Below are positions 35,592-55,971 of a DNA stretch of 64,000 nucleotides, one piece after another (position 1 is the first letter of the stretch; every line of letters begins with the position of its first letter). Source of the DNA: Candidatus Stammera capleta (lineage in GTDB: Bacteria > Pseudomonadota > Gammaproteobacteria > Enterobacterales > Enterobacteriaceae). The notes under the pieces were generated by a model, which saw only the letters and a list, made by a program, of their open reading frames with translations, was not told where the DNA came from and searched no databases. A program made the position numbers and the translations under genes. Location of the stretch: assembly GCA_015139955.1 (NCBI GenBank), contig CP043991.1, forward strand, positions 56,368 through 120,367. Reading direction: 5' to 3'.

Positions 35592-37304
35592 ATGTCTAAA
35601 AAAATAAAAAAAAAAATTAAATATTTAGAAAAAAAAATTAAAAAATATTCTTTCTATTATTTTAATAAAAATAAAAATTTAATTAGTAACGAAAAATATG
35701 ATTTTTTAGTTAAAAAATTAGAAAAATTAGAAAAAAAATATCCTTTATATAAATCTATAAATTCACCTACAAAAAAAATTGATTATAAATTTTTAAAAAG
35801 ATTTAAAACTTCAAAACATAAAATAAAAATGTTATCAATACAAAGTGAATATTCAGTTAAAAAAATATATAAATATATAAAAAATATTAATAAAATGTAT
35901 CCTAACACTATTTTTAATTGTGAATTAAAAATAGATGGAATAGCACTTAGTTTAATATATAAAAAAAATAAATTGTATAAAGTTTTAACTAGAGGGAATG
36001 GAAAATATGGAGAAAATATTACTAAAAATATTAAAGTAATTAAATCTATTCCCAAAAAAATAAAATATAAAGGTAAAGAAAAATATGTAGAAATTAGAGG
36101 AGAAATATTTATTAAAAAAAATATTTTTAATAAAATTAATAAAAATAATTATTTTTCAAATAGTAGAAATTTAACTTCTGGAACAATAAGATTATTAAAT
36201 AAAAAAATAATTAAAAAAAGACAATTATCATTTATAGGATATGATTTTATTATAAATCAACAAAGAAATAATATTAATAGTCAATCAAAATGTTTAAAAA
36301 AAATTAATGGAATAGGATTTATAACAGATATCTTTGCATACAAAACTAAATCTTTTAAAAAAATTATTTATTTTTATAAAAAAATAAAAAAAAATAGAAA
36401 AAAAATTAATTTTGAAATTGATGGAATAGTTATTAAAATAAACAATAGAAAAATACAAGAAAAAATTAAAAGTAATAAAAAATATATAAAATGAGCAATA
36501 GCATGAAAATTTCCACCTAAAAAAAAAAAAACTATTGTAAAAAATATAAAATATCAAGTAGGTAAAAATGGAATAATTACTCCAATAGTTATTATTAAAC
36601 CTACTAATATAGATGGTGTAAAAATAAAAAAAATAAATTTATATAATTTACAATATTTACAAAAAATTTCTTTAAATATAAAAGATAAAATTATTATAGA
36701 AAGAACTGGAGATGTAATACCAAAAATTAATAAAATAATTTCAAAAACAAATAAAAATAAAACATTTATAATTAATAAATGTCCATCATGTAACAAAAAA
36801 ATTGATATATATGAAAAACAACCTAAATGTTATTCTAATTTAACTTGTCCTCAACAACTAAAAAAAATTTTAATACATTTTGTTTCTAAAAACGGTTTTA
36901 ATATACCTAATATAGGTCCTAAAATAATTGAAAAATTAATAAAATATAAACATATAAATAATATAATTGATATATTATTAATAACAGTTAAACAATTAAT
37001 ATCTATACCACATATAAAAACAAAATTAGCAAATAAAATATATTTTTCAATACAAAATGCTATTCAAAATATTAAAATAGAAAATTTAATATTTTCATTA
37101 TCTATTCCATATATAGGAATATCAACATCTAATTATTTAAGTAAAAAAATTAAAAAATTTAAAAATTTTATTAATTTTAAAAAAAATAATATAAACAAAA
37201 AAAAACTTGGAAAAGTAAAATATGAATCAATTATAAATTACTTAAATAATCAAGATAATTTAAAACAATTAAATTTATTAACAAAAATTATAAAAAAAAT
37301 TTAA
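35592..37304 (+). CDS. ligA: NAD-dependent DNA ligase, without a C-terminal BRCT domain
   Basis: The adenylation motif is CELKIDGIALSLIY, followed by RGNGKYGENIT. The zinc finger is CPSCNKKI..C..CPQQ near 36780-36860. An HhH-like region follows. TAA at 37302-37304. 570 codons versus about 670 in E. coli. Confidence 0.9.
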
Positions 37305-38706
37305 AATTAGATAATTTTTTAATAGAATAATTTAATCTGAATTCAACTTTTGATTTTCCTAAAAAAAGTATTATAGTAGATATATTTACAGTACATATTT
37401 TACCTGTAAGGAAAAATCTTAATACTTTATAAATATATTTTTTATTTAAAGTAACAAAAATTTTAAATGAATTAAAAATAATTTTATTAATATTATTAAT
37501 ATTTCACAAATATAACATACAAAATTTTTTTTTAAAAAAAAATAATAATTTAATAAAAATATTTTTATAAAATTCAGACATTTTATTTCTATCTAAAAAA
37601 AAATAATTATTATCAAAAATTATACAAAAATCATATATATCTTTTAATAAAAAACTTCTAGGTAAAATAAAAGAAACTATTTCAGAAAAATTATCTAATT
37701 TAGGTATTTTAATATTATTCAATATTAAAAAATTTTTTAAATAAATAAATAACTTTTTATAAGATATATTAGAAATATAATATTTATTAATTCAAAGTAA
37801 TTTTTTAAAATTTAAAATAGATGAAGATTTTTTAATATTCGTTAAATTAAATAATCTTTTCATTTCATGAACATGAAATATTTCATTATTTTTATAAGAT
37901 CATCCTAAACGTAATAAAGCATTTAATATTGATTCAGGTAAAAAACCACTTTCAATATATTTATCAATATTAGAAGAAATATTTCTTTTAGATAATTTAT
38001 TACCATTTTCATTTAATATTAAAGGTAAATGTATATAATTTGGAATATTATAATTTAAAGATTTAATAATATTTATTTGTTTAAAAGTATTATTAATATG
38101 ATCTTCACCTCTAATAACATGAGTAATTGACATATTATAATCATCAATAACAACACAAAAATTATAAGTTGGTATACCATTAGATCTTAAAATTATAAAA
38201 TCATCTAATTCATTATTATTAATTTTAATATCACCAAAAACTATATCTTTAAATAAAACTTTACCTTTTAAAAAATTTTTAAATCTTATTACATAAGGTT
38301 TATTTTTAATATTAAAATTTTTTTCTCTACAATAATTATCATAACGAGGTTTAATTTTATTTAATAAACAAATTTCACGTATTTTTTTTAATCTATTATG
38401 ATCACAATAACATTTATATACTAAATTTTTATCTAACATATAATAGATAATTTCTTTATAAAAATCTATTCTTTCAGATTGATATATAGGTTTATTATCT
38501 CAATATAAACCTAATCATTCTAAAATATAAAAAATATAACTGATATATTTTTTATTATTTCTATTAATATCCGTATCTTCTATTCTTAAAAAAAAATATC
38601 CATTATTTTTTCTAGCATATAATCAGGAATATAAAGCTGTACGTATATTACCTATATGTAAATAACCAGTAGGACTAGGAGCAAATCTTGTAATAACATT
38701 ATTCAT
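37288..38706 (-). CDS. gltX: Glutamyl-tRNA synthetase
   Basis: The N-terminus [28 protein letters not shown] was hand-translated. NGNKLSKR is present. Fragments 37504-37722 and 37900-38439 share the frame. The tail was read through TGA to TAA at 37288-37290. Confidence 0.92.
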
Positions 38707-38803
38707 AAATTATACTAATATTTTAATTAATCGAAATATATGATTCATTTTATTATAACTAAATTACAGAATTTTATTATTAATTATTTTACAATTTATT
38801 CAA

Positions 38804-40591
38804 ATGCAAAAATATATAAGAAATTTTTCCATTATAGCACATATTGATCACGGAAAATCTACCTTATCAGATAGAATAATAGAAATTTGTACAGGAAAAA
38901 AAATACATAAAAATCAACAAAGAATATTAGATTCTATGGAATTAGAAAAAGAAAAAGGTATTACAATTAAATCACAAAGTGTTCAATTAAAATATAAATA
39001 TAAAAATATTATATATACATTTAATTTAATTGATACACCTGGACATACAGATTTTACATATGAAGTATCTAGATCACTTTACATATGTGAAGGAGCTTTA
39101 CTTATTATAGATGCAACACAAGGAATACAAGCACAAACTATAGCTAATTATAATATAGCAAAAAAACTAAATATTAAAATAATACCTATAATTAATAAAA
39201 TAGATTTAGTAAATAAAAATTTAAAAAAAATTATTCAACAAATACAAAATTTACTAAATATTAAAAAAACAAAAATTATTTTATGTTCAGCAAAAAAAAA
39301 TATAGGTATAAAAAAAATATTAATTAACATAATTAATAAAATACCTTATCCAAAAGGTAAAAAAAAACTACCTTTACAAGCACTTATTATAGATTCATAT
39401 TTTGATAATTATTTAGGAACATTTTTATTAATTAAAATAAATAATGGATATTTAAAAAAAAATGAAAAAATAAAATTAATAGATAAAAATAAACAATATA
39501 ATGTAGAAAATATTTATGTTAATACTCCAAAAAAAAAAAATTGTAAATATTTAAAATGTGGTGAAGTAGGATGAATATCTTGTAATATTAAAAAAATTAA
39601 TTATATAAATATTGGAAATACTATAACAAAATATAATAATCCTGCTAAAACAAAAATAATAGAATTTAAAAATATAACCCCCAAAATATATGCAGGTTTA
39701 TACCCTAATGAAAATAAAAATTTTATAAAATTTAGAACATCGTTAAAAAAATTAAGTTTAAATGATTCTTCTTTAACATTTCAACAAGAAAATTCACCAA
39801 TATTCGGATTTGGATTTAGATGTGGTTTTTTAGGAAAATTACATTTAGAAATTATAAAAGAAAGATTAGAAAGAGAATATAATTTAAATATTATAATTAC
39901 TTTACCTACAGTAACTTACAAAATTATAAATAAAAACAATAAAAAGATTTATATAAATAATCCAATTCAATTACCTACAAAAAATGAAATTAAGGAAATT
40001 AAAGAACCTATATCTATATGTAATATTATTACTCCATCAAAATATTTAGGAAACATAATAAAATTATGTATAGAAAAAAGAGGAACACAAAAAAAAATAT
40101 TATTTACAGATAAAAATGTTTCTTTAACATATGAATTACCTACCTCAGAAATTATTACTAATTTTAGTAGTAAAATTAAATCCATATCAAGAGGATATGC
40201 ATCATTTGAATACTCATTTAAAAAATATAAAAAATCTGATATAGTTTTATCAGAAATTATGATTAATAAAAAAAAAATTGATGGATTTTCTATATTAATA
40301 CATAAAAAAAATATCTTTAAATATAGTAAAAATATTATAGAAATTATAAAAAATAATATACAAAAACAACAATATGAAATAAATATACAAGCTTTATGTA
40401 ATAACAAAATAATTTCAAAATGTTGTGTAAAAGCATTAAGGAAAAATGTTACTTCTAAATGTTATGGTGGAGATATATCAAGAAAAAAAAAATTACTTCA
40501 AAAACAAAAGGAAGGTAAAAAAAGAATGAAAAAAATAGGTAACATATTTATATCACAAGAAATATTTCTTAAAACAATGAAAATAATGTAA
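38804..40591 (+). CDS. lepA: Elongation factor 4 (LepA)
   Basis: IRNFSIIAHIDHGKSTLSDR and NLIDTPGHTDF are present. Fragments 38804-39574 and 40259-40591 share the frame. The middle part was hand-translated and contains GFGFRCGFLGKLHLEII. Confidence 0.95.
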
Positions 40592-40595
40592 ACAC

Positions 40596-41459
40596 ATGAT
40601 TATTCTTAATAGAATACTATTTACAATAATAATATTTAGTATATTGTTATATATAATTAAAAAAATATTTTATATTAACAAAAATATTATAATAATTGAT
40701 TCAATATTAGAATTACTTCCTACATTAATAATAATATTTATATTTAGATCATTTATATATGAACCTTTTCAAATTCCTTCAGCATCAATGATGCCAACTT
40801 TATTAATAGGAGATTTAATATTAGTAAATAAATTATTATACAATATTAAAAATCCTTTAAATAATAAAACTATTTGAAATATAAAAAAACCTAATTATGG
40901 AGATGTTATAGTTTTTCAATATCCTAAAAATAAAAATATTAATTATATTAAAAGAGTAATAGGTTTACCAGGAGATAAAATAATATATAATGAATTTAAA
41001 AAAGAAATTCAAATATATACATCAAAAAATAAAACTAATATAGTTAAATATAGTTTTAAAAAAAAAAGTTCTTATATAGAAGAAATACAATATAATAATA
41101 ACAAATTAGAAGAATATTTTTGAAATACTAAAAAAAAAAATTTTTTTTCTAAACATTCTGAAATTTTTTTTCTAACAAAAAAAACAGAACATATAGGAAA
41201 TATAAAATATAATATTTTATTAATGTCAGAAAATAATAACTTAATATTTAAAAAAAATATATATTCATATAAAGTTCCTAAAAATATGTATTTTGTAATG
41301 GGAGATTATAGAGATAATAGCGAAGATAGTAGATATTGAGGATTTGTGCACCAAGATTTAATTATAGGAAAAGCAAAATATATATGAATGAGTTTTGAAA
41401 AACAATATAATAAATGACCAACTGGAATTAGATTTAATAGAATAGGTAAGATTATTTAA
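40596..41459 (+). CDS. lepB: Signal peptidase I
   Basis: IPSASMMPTLLIGDLILV, YIKRVIGLPGD and FVMGDYRDNSEDSRYWGFV are present. Read through several TGA codons. TAA at 41457-41459. Confidence 0.88.
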
Positions 41460-41467
41460 ATAATTTT

Positions 41468-42175
41468 ATGATCAAAATTTTTTATCTAGAAAAAAAAATT
41501 AAATATAAATTTATAAATAAAAAAATACTTATTTTATCATTAACACACAGAAGTTACAGTAATATTCATAATGAAAGGTTAGAATTTTTAGGAGATTCAA
41601 TATTAAACTTTATAATTACTAAAAAAATATATAAAAAATTTTTTAATAAAAAAGAAGGATTTATGACTAGAATAAGAGCAAATTTAGTTAACAAAAACAA
41701 TTTATTTAAAATTGCTCAAAAACTTGAATTAAATAAATATATTTTATTAGGTCAAGGAGAATTAAAAATGTTAGGACAATATAAAGTATCAATTCTAGCT
41801 AATACATTAGAAGCTATAATAGGAGCTATATTCATAGATAGTAAAGATATTAAAATAGTAGAAAATATAATTAAAAAATTATTTTTTAATTATAAAAATA
41901 ATAAAAAAATATTAAATATAAAAAATAATCATAAAGATTATAAAACCATGTTACAAGAATATTTACAAAAAATTAAACTACCTCTACCTAAATATTATAT
42001 ATCAAATAAAAAAGGTAAAGAACATCAACAAATTTTTACAGTTAAATGTAAAACTAAATTATTTAAACAAATTATTAAAGGTATAGGTAATAGTAAAAAA
42101 AAAGCAGAACAAAAATCAGCAAAAAAAATTTTAATTAAAATAGGTTTAATAAAAAAAAATAAAATTCATGTATAA
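41468..42175 (+). CDS. rnc: Ribonuclease III
   Basis: NERLEFLGDSILNFII and LEAIIGAIFIDS are present, with a C-terminal dsRBD. Intact ORF. Confidence 0.92.
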   Translation: MIKIFYLEKKIKYKFINKKILILSLTHRSYSNIHNERLEFLGDSILNFIITKKIYKKFFNKKEGFMTRIRANLVNKNNLFKIAQKLELNKYILLGQGELKMLGQYKVSILANTLEAIIGAIFIDSKDIKIVENIIKKLFFNYKNNKKILNIKNNHKDYKTMLQEYLQKIKLPLPKYYISNKKGKEHQQIFTVKCKTKLFKQIIKGIGNSKKKAEQKSAKKILIKIGLIKKNKIHV

Positions 42176-43028
42176 AAAAATAAAAACATGTATTACCATC
42201 CTAGTAGGAAAACCTAATGTCGGTAAATCTACTTTATTTAATAAATTAATAAATCAAAAAATTTCTATTACATCTAAAAAAAAATATACTACTCAAAAAA
42301 ATATTTTAGGTATTAAAAATAAAAACAAAAAACAATATATATATATAGATACTCCAGGAATTAAATTTATAAAAGATTTGTATAAAAATATTAATAATAG
42401 TATAAATATTTTAAATAATTATAAAATTTTTAAAAAAATTAATTTAATAATTTTATTAATCAAAAAAGAAAAAACGTTTGAAGAATTAAGAATAATACAG
42501 AAATTAAATTTATATAAAATTCCTTATATAATTTTAATAAATAAAATAGATATGTTAAAAAATAAAATAGTTTTACTACCTTATATAGAAAAAATTAAAT
42601 CCTATACTACAATAAATACTATAATACCTGTATCAATAAGAAAAAAAAAAGATATTAAAATAATAAAAAAAAAAATTAATAAATATTTAAGTAAATCTAA
42701 ATATTATTTTAATAAAAAAATTATAACTATTTATAATAATTCATTTATATTTAAGGAAATAATTAGAGAAAAAACAATGAGATTAATAGGTGATGAAATA
42801 CCATATTTTCTTAAATTTAGTATAAGAAAAATTTTTCAAAAATATAATCATTTATATATTAAAAGTAATATATATACAAAAAAAAAACAATATATTCCTA
42901 TATTAAAAGGAAAATCAGGAAAAAAAATAAAAAAAATTGTTAATTTATCTCAAATAAGTATAAGAAAATATTTAAAATATACAAATAAAATTTTTTTATA
43001 TATAAAAATTAAAAAATATAAAAATTAA
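42168..43028 (+). CDS. era: GTPase Era
   Basis: VGKPNVGKSTLFNKL, DTPGI, NKID and a KH-like C-terminus are present. It overlaps rnc by 8 nt. Confidence 0.92.
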   Translation: MYKKIKTCITILVGKPNVGKSTLFNKLINQKISITSKKKYTTQKNILGIKNKNKKQYIYIDTPGIKFIKDLYKNINNSINILNNYKIFKKINLIILLIKKEKTFEELRIIQKLNLYKIPYIILINKIDMLKNKIVLLPYIEKIKSYTTINTIIPVSIRKKKDIKIIKKKINKYLSKSKYYFNKKIITIYNNSFIFKEIIREKTMRLIGDEIPYFLKFSIRKIFQKYNHLYIKSNIYTKKKQYIPILKGKSGKKIKKIVNLSQISIRKYLKYTNKIFLYIKIKKYKN

Positions 43029-43682
43029 ATGATAAATTGAAAAAAAATTTTTTACAAAGAAAAAAAAAAAAAATATTTTATAAATATAAAAAACTTTTTA
43101 AAAAATGAATATAAAAAAAAAATCATTTTCCCTCAAAAAAAACATATTTTCCAATTATTTAAATTAATTGAATTTAATAAAATTAAAGTAGTAATTTTGG
43201 GACAAGATCCGTATTGTAATATAAATCAAGCTCATGGATTAGCTTTTTCAGTACTACCTAATATTAAAAAATTACCTAAATCTCTTATAAATATATATAA
43301 AGAACTTAAATATGAATTTAATAATTTTAAAATACCATCACATGGATATTTAATAAATTGAGTTAAACAAGGCGTTTTTTTATTTAATACAATACTAACA
43401 GTAGAAAAAAATAAACCATGTTCACATAAAAATATAGGTTGAGAAATATTTTCTAATAATATTATTAAATACATAAATTTTTATTTAAAAAATATAATTT
43501 TTATTTTATGAGGAAAATATGCTCAAAAAAAAATACATTTAATTAATAAACAAAAACATTTCATTTTAACTTCTTCACATCCATCACCTTTATCAGCATC
43601 AAGAGGATTTTTTGGATGTAATCATTTTAAAAAAACAAATATATATTTAAAACAAAAAAATATTTCTCCTATAATATGATAA
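43029..43682 (+). CDS. ung: Uracil-DNA glycosylase
   Basis: Not in the track. Hand translation gives [51 protein letters not shown] and [17 protein letters not shown]. The ATG abuts the era stop (TAAATG). TAA at 43680-43682. Confidence 0.92.
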
Positions 43683-44672
43683 CTAAAAATAATTTAATCA
43701 TTTTTTAATTCAAAACATTTTTTGTTGAGCTATTTGTTTAGCTTTAAATTTTCCAACTAATAAAATATTTTTTAAAAATTTTTCTTTTTTACGGAAAAAA
43801 AAATACTTTTTTTGTAATAAAAATAAAAAAGAATTTATTTTATTAGTAATTATTTTTTTAAATTCTTTATATGAATATCCAATAAATTTATTTTCTAATT
43901 CATAAATAGAAATATTACTAATATTTGACAATATATTTAATAAATTAGATATACCTGGTTTATTAATTACATCAAAAACAATTCTTGGCGGAAAATCATT
44001 ATCAGTAATACAATTTTTAACTTTTGAAGAAACTAAATCTGGAGTATCTAATAAATAAATAACATTATTTTTATTAATATCAGATTTAGACATTTTTTTA
44101 CTAGGATTTAATAAAGACATTATTTTAGAACAAGAAGATAAAATATATTTGGGTAAATTAAATATTTTATTATTAAATAATTTATTCATTCTTTGAGCAA
44201 TTATTTTAGTAAATTCTAAATGTTGAATTTGATCTTTACCAATAATAACATAATGAGAATCATATAATAATATATCTGCAGCCATTAATATAGGATAATT
44301 TAATAAACCGCAATTAATAATTTTATGATTTTTTTCTTTTACTTTTTGTTTAAATTGTGTCATACGTTTTAATTCACCTATATATGAACAACAATTTAAT
44401 AACCAATATAATTTAATATGTTCATTAATATGAGATTGTAAAAATACAATACATTTCCGATAATTTATTCCTAAAGATAATAATATAGATAAAATATCTA
44501 ATATATAAAATTTTTTTTCACTCAAAATATCAGTATAAGAATGTAAATCAGCTATACAATAAAAACAATTATATTTTTCTTGAAGAACAAGTCATTTTTT
44601 TAAAACCCCTATATAATGACCTATAGTAATAGGTCCATTAGGTTGGATAGCACTAAAAATATTTTTTTTCAT
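43683..44672 (-). CDS. trpS: Tryptophanyl-tRNA synthetase
   Basis: The N-terminus MKKNIFSAIQPNGPITIGHYIG was hand-translated. GKDQIQHLE and KMSKS are present. Read through TGA at 43710-43712. TAG at 43683-43685, directly abutting the ung stop. Confidence 0.92.
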
Positions 44673-44686
44673 TATAAATAAATTAA

Positions 44687-48892
<4,206 letters not shown>

Positions 48893-48941
48893 AATAATAA
48901 TAACCTTAAAATATTAAAAAATTAAAACACTTTATTAAAAA

Positions 48942-52970
<4,029 letters not shown>

Positions 52971-53007
52971 ACTACCCTTTATAATTAAAATAAATTAAGT
53001 AATAAAT

Positions 53008-53376
53008 CTATTTAACATCTACTACAGCTCCAGAATCTTCTAAAGATTTCTTTAAAATATTTAAATCTTTTTTATTCATCTTATCTTTAATAAGTACCGG
53101 AGAAGATTCAACTAAATCTTTAGCTTCTTTTAATCCTAAATTTAAAAAACTACGAACTATTTTAATAACTGCTATTTTATTTGGACCTATAGAATTTAAA
53201 AATAAATCAAACTCATTTTTTTCTTCTTTTATTTTACTAACATTTTCTGCAGAAGAAGTGAATTTATATTCACTAGAATTAATACCAAATTTTTTTTCTA
53301 TTGCATCTATTAATTCAATTAAATCAATTAATGACATAGAAGATATTTGTTCTAAAATTTTATCTTTATTAGACAT
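53008..53376 (-). CDS. rplL: 50S ribosomal protein L7/L12
   Basis: MSNKDKILEQISSMSLIDLIELIDAIEKKFG...GLKEAKDLVE. I prefer the second ATG because AGGT is well spaced upstream of it. Confidence 0.93.
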   Translation of the reverse strand: MSNKDKILEQISSMSLIDLIELIDAIEKKFGINSSEYKFTSSAENVSKIKEEKNEFDLFLNSIGPNKIAVIKIVRSFLNLGLKEAKDLVESSPVLIKDKMNKKDLNILKKSLEDSGAVVDVK

Positions 53377-53402
53377 AACCATACCTAAATATTTTTTTAT
53401 AA

Positions 53403-53891
53403 TTAAGATTTATATTTTTTTACAACTAATAAAATACGTAATAATCTAAACAAAAAAAAATTTTTCAACATAAAAATAAGATACTTTAAAGATTTTTTTA
53501 CTGTAAACAAAAAAGATAATTTTTTATTTAAATCTAACGAAACTTTTTTACCATCTAAAGAAATAGATTTTAAAACAAGATTATTTTTATATTTATCTAA
53601 ATATTTAACTAAAACTTTTGATAAACCACAATAATTTTTAGTAGAAAAACCTAAAATAATAGGTCCAGACAAATATTTATTTAAATAACTAAAATTAGAT
53701 TTACGTATAGAAACTTTAAGTAAATTATTACGTATTACTATTAAATTAGCATCATTTTTTTTTATATCCCTACGAAATAAGTTTAATGCATTTGATGATA
53801 ATGTATTAAAACTTAATATAACTATAGATAAAGATTTATTTAATTTTTTTTTAATTTTATAAACAAATTTTTTCTTATCTACTCTTAACAC
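53403..53891 (-). CDS. rplJ: 50S ribosomal protein L10
   Basis: GTG start with GGAGG 7 nt upstream. 162 aa. It sits in the canonical position between rplA and rplL, and its length and basic composition fit L10. Confidence 0.88.
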   Translation of the reverse strand: MLRVDKKKFVYKIKKKLNKSLSIVILSFNTLSSNALNLFRRDIKKNDANLIVIRNNLLKVSIRKSNFSYLNKYLSGPIILGFSTKNYCGLSKVLVKYLDKYKNNLVLKSISLDGKKVSLDLNKKLSFLFTVKKSLKYLIFMLKNFFLFRLLRILLVVKKYKS

Positions 53892-53904
53892 TTATTTCCT
53901 CCAA

Positions 53905-54561
53905 TTAATTTAAATTAACCAAAAAAGATTTACCCATAGTACTAGAAATAAAAATTTTCTTCAAAAAAAACATATTTTTTAATTGCTTAGGTTTATTAGA
54001 TATAATTGAATTAATAAAACAAATAAAATTATCTAATAATTGGTTACTAGTAAAATTTAATTTACCAATTGTACTATGTATAATGCCAAATTTATCATTT
54101 TTATAAATTATTTTCCCTTTAACAAATTTTGAGATACTATTTTTTAAATCATCAGTAATAGTACCTAATTTTAAATTAGGCATTAAACCTTTAGGACCTA
54201 AAATTTGACCTAATTTACTAACTAATTTCATAGAATCTAAAGTAGATAAAACTACATCATATTTAATGGTATTATTTTTAACTTTATCAAATAAATTTTC
54301 CATACCTACAAAAAAAGCACCAGCAGAATAAGAAATTTTTTCTTTAGATTTAGGAGCAAAAACTATTACTTTTTTAGTTTTACCAAAATTATGAGGTAAT
54401 AAAACATTACCTTTAATAGTTTGATTTATATCTTTAGTATCTATAGATAAATTAATAGCTATATCTACAGATTCAATAAAATTAAATTTAGATTTTTTTT
54501 TAATATTTTCAAATATTTTTATTAAATCATCTTTATTAAAATAAAATTTATTAATATTCAT
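53905..54561 (-). CDS. rplA: 50S ribosomal protein L1
   Basis: ESVDIAINLSID, LGQILGPKGLMPNLKLGT and a canonical position support the call. Confidence 0.92.
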   Translation of the reverse strand: MNINKFYFNKDDLIKIFENIKKKSKFNFIESVDIAINLSIDTKDINQTIKGNVLLPHNFGKTKKVIVFAPKSKEKISYSAGAFFVGMENLFDKVKNNTIKYDVVLSTLDSMKLVSKLGQILGPKGLMPNLKLGTITDDLKNSISKFVKGKIIYKNDKFGIIHSTIGKLNFTSNQLLDNFICFINSIISNKPKQLKNMFFLKKIFISSTMGKSFLVNLN

Positions 54562-54575
54562 ATTAAATTTTTTAA

Positions 54576-55004
54576 CTAATTTTTAATTAAAACCCCCATA
54601 GAACGAGCAGTACCTATAATTGAACTGGATATTGATTCTAAACTAGAATTTAATACATCAGAAGATTTAATTTTAGCTATATTTAATATAGATTGTTGAG
54701 TAATATAACCAACTATATTATGACCCGGTTTATTAGAACCAGATTTCAGAGAAACTTCTTTTTTTATAAGATAAGAAACTGGAGGAGTTTTAGTAATAAA
54801 ACTAAAACTACGATCAGAATAAACAGTTATTATTACAGGTACAGGTATACCTTTATCTAAAGAACTAGTTCTTTCGTTAAATAATTTACAAAAATTTATA
54901 ATATTAACTCCTTTTTGACCTAATATAGGACCTACAGGAGGACTAGGATTAGCCATACCAGATAAAACTTGTAATTTAATATAAAATTGTATTTTTTTAG
55001 ACAT
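54576..55004 (-). CDS. rplK: 50S ribosomal protein L11
   Basis: [26 protein letters not shown] and [14 protein letters not shown] are present. Confidence 0.95.
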   Translation of the reverse strand: MSKKIQFYIKLQVLSGMANPSPPVGPILGQKGVNIINFCKLFNERTSSLDKGIPVPVIITVYSDRSFSFITKTPPVSYLIKKEVSLKSGSNKPGHNIVGYITQQSILNIAKIKSSDVLNSSLESISSSIIGTARSMGVLIKN

Positions 55005-55028
55005 TTTTTTGAAATAAAATTAATAATT

Positions 55029-55577
55029 TTAATTATTTTTTTCTACCTGCGAAAAATCTAGTTCTACAGGAGTAGATCTACCAAAAATTAATACAGAAAC
55101 TTTTAAACGATTTTTATCATAATCTACCTCTTCTACTGTACCATTAAAATCTGAAAAAGGACCACTATTAACTCTAACTAATTCTCCATAATCAAATAAT
55201 ATTTTAGGTCTGGGTTTACCACTAATTTTTTGTAATTTATTTTTTATGAGCTTAACTTCTTTATCACTAATAGGACATGGATGACCTAAATTACCACCTA
55301 TAAAACCAATAATTTTAGGAACATTACGAATTAAATATCAATTTTTATCATTCATAACCATATTAATTAAAAAATATCCTGGATAAAATTTACGCTCACT
55401 CTTTTTACGTACACCTTTTTTTACTTCTATTACCTCTTCCGTAGGAATTAAAATATCTCCAAAATCATCTTTTAAACCATATAATCTAATATGATCTTTT
55501 AAATAATTAATAGCTTTTTTCTCAAAACTAGAAAAAACTTGTATTACATATCATTTTTTTTTTTTATTATCTATCAT
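55029..55577 (-). CDS. nusG: Transcription termination/antitermination factor NusG
   Basis: Not in the track. Hand translation gives [29 protein letters not shown] and the KOW motif [29 protein letters not shown] at 55029-55031. Confidence 0.92.
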
Positions 55578-55580
55578 ATT

Positions 55581-55949
55581 TTAGTTAAACCTCAGATTTA
55601 AAATAATAGAAATTATATATAATAAAAAATTATCAAATATTCATATTATAATGGAAATTAAAAAACTTAAAATAAAAACTACTAAAACTGTACTAATTAC
55701 TTCATATTTAGAAGGTCAAAAAATTTTAGTAATTTCTAATTTAGATTTTAGAAAATATAAAAAAATTTTTCTACCTAAATTAGTCGATTTAAATAAAAAA
55801 AAACATAAAAAAGAATAAAATATATTTAATATATATATAATTAAAAAACAAATATTGCAAAAAATAAAATTATTTATATATATTAAAACTAATAACAATA
55901 ATATAAAAAAATATATTTCTTTTGAATTTACTAAATAAATATTCATCAA
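55581..55949 (-). CDS. secE: Preprotein translocase subunit SecE
   Basis: A hydrophobic N-terminal part is followed, after a TGA, by KIFWPSKYEVISTVLVVFILSFLISIIIWIFDNFLL, which matches the conserved SecE C-terminal helix. It lies immediately upstream of nusG. Confidence 0.8.
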
Positions 55950-55971
55950 TATTTAAAAAAAAATTAATAAA

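Noticed and set aside
35783-36796. Three minus-strand ORFs (35783-36055, 36294-36557, 36554-36796).
   Set aside because: They are antisense to ligA. They are low-complexity and hydrophobic, with no recognisable motifs.
39967-40407. A 146-aa minus-strand ORF.
   Set aside because: It is antisense to the highly conserved lepA and is a compositional artefact.
43232-43474. An 80-aa minus-strand ORF.
   Set aside because: It is antisense to ung, whose plus-strand translation carries all the uracil-DNA glycosylase motifs.
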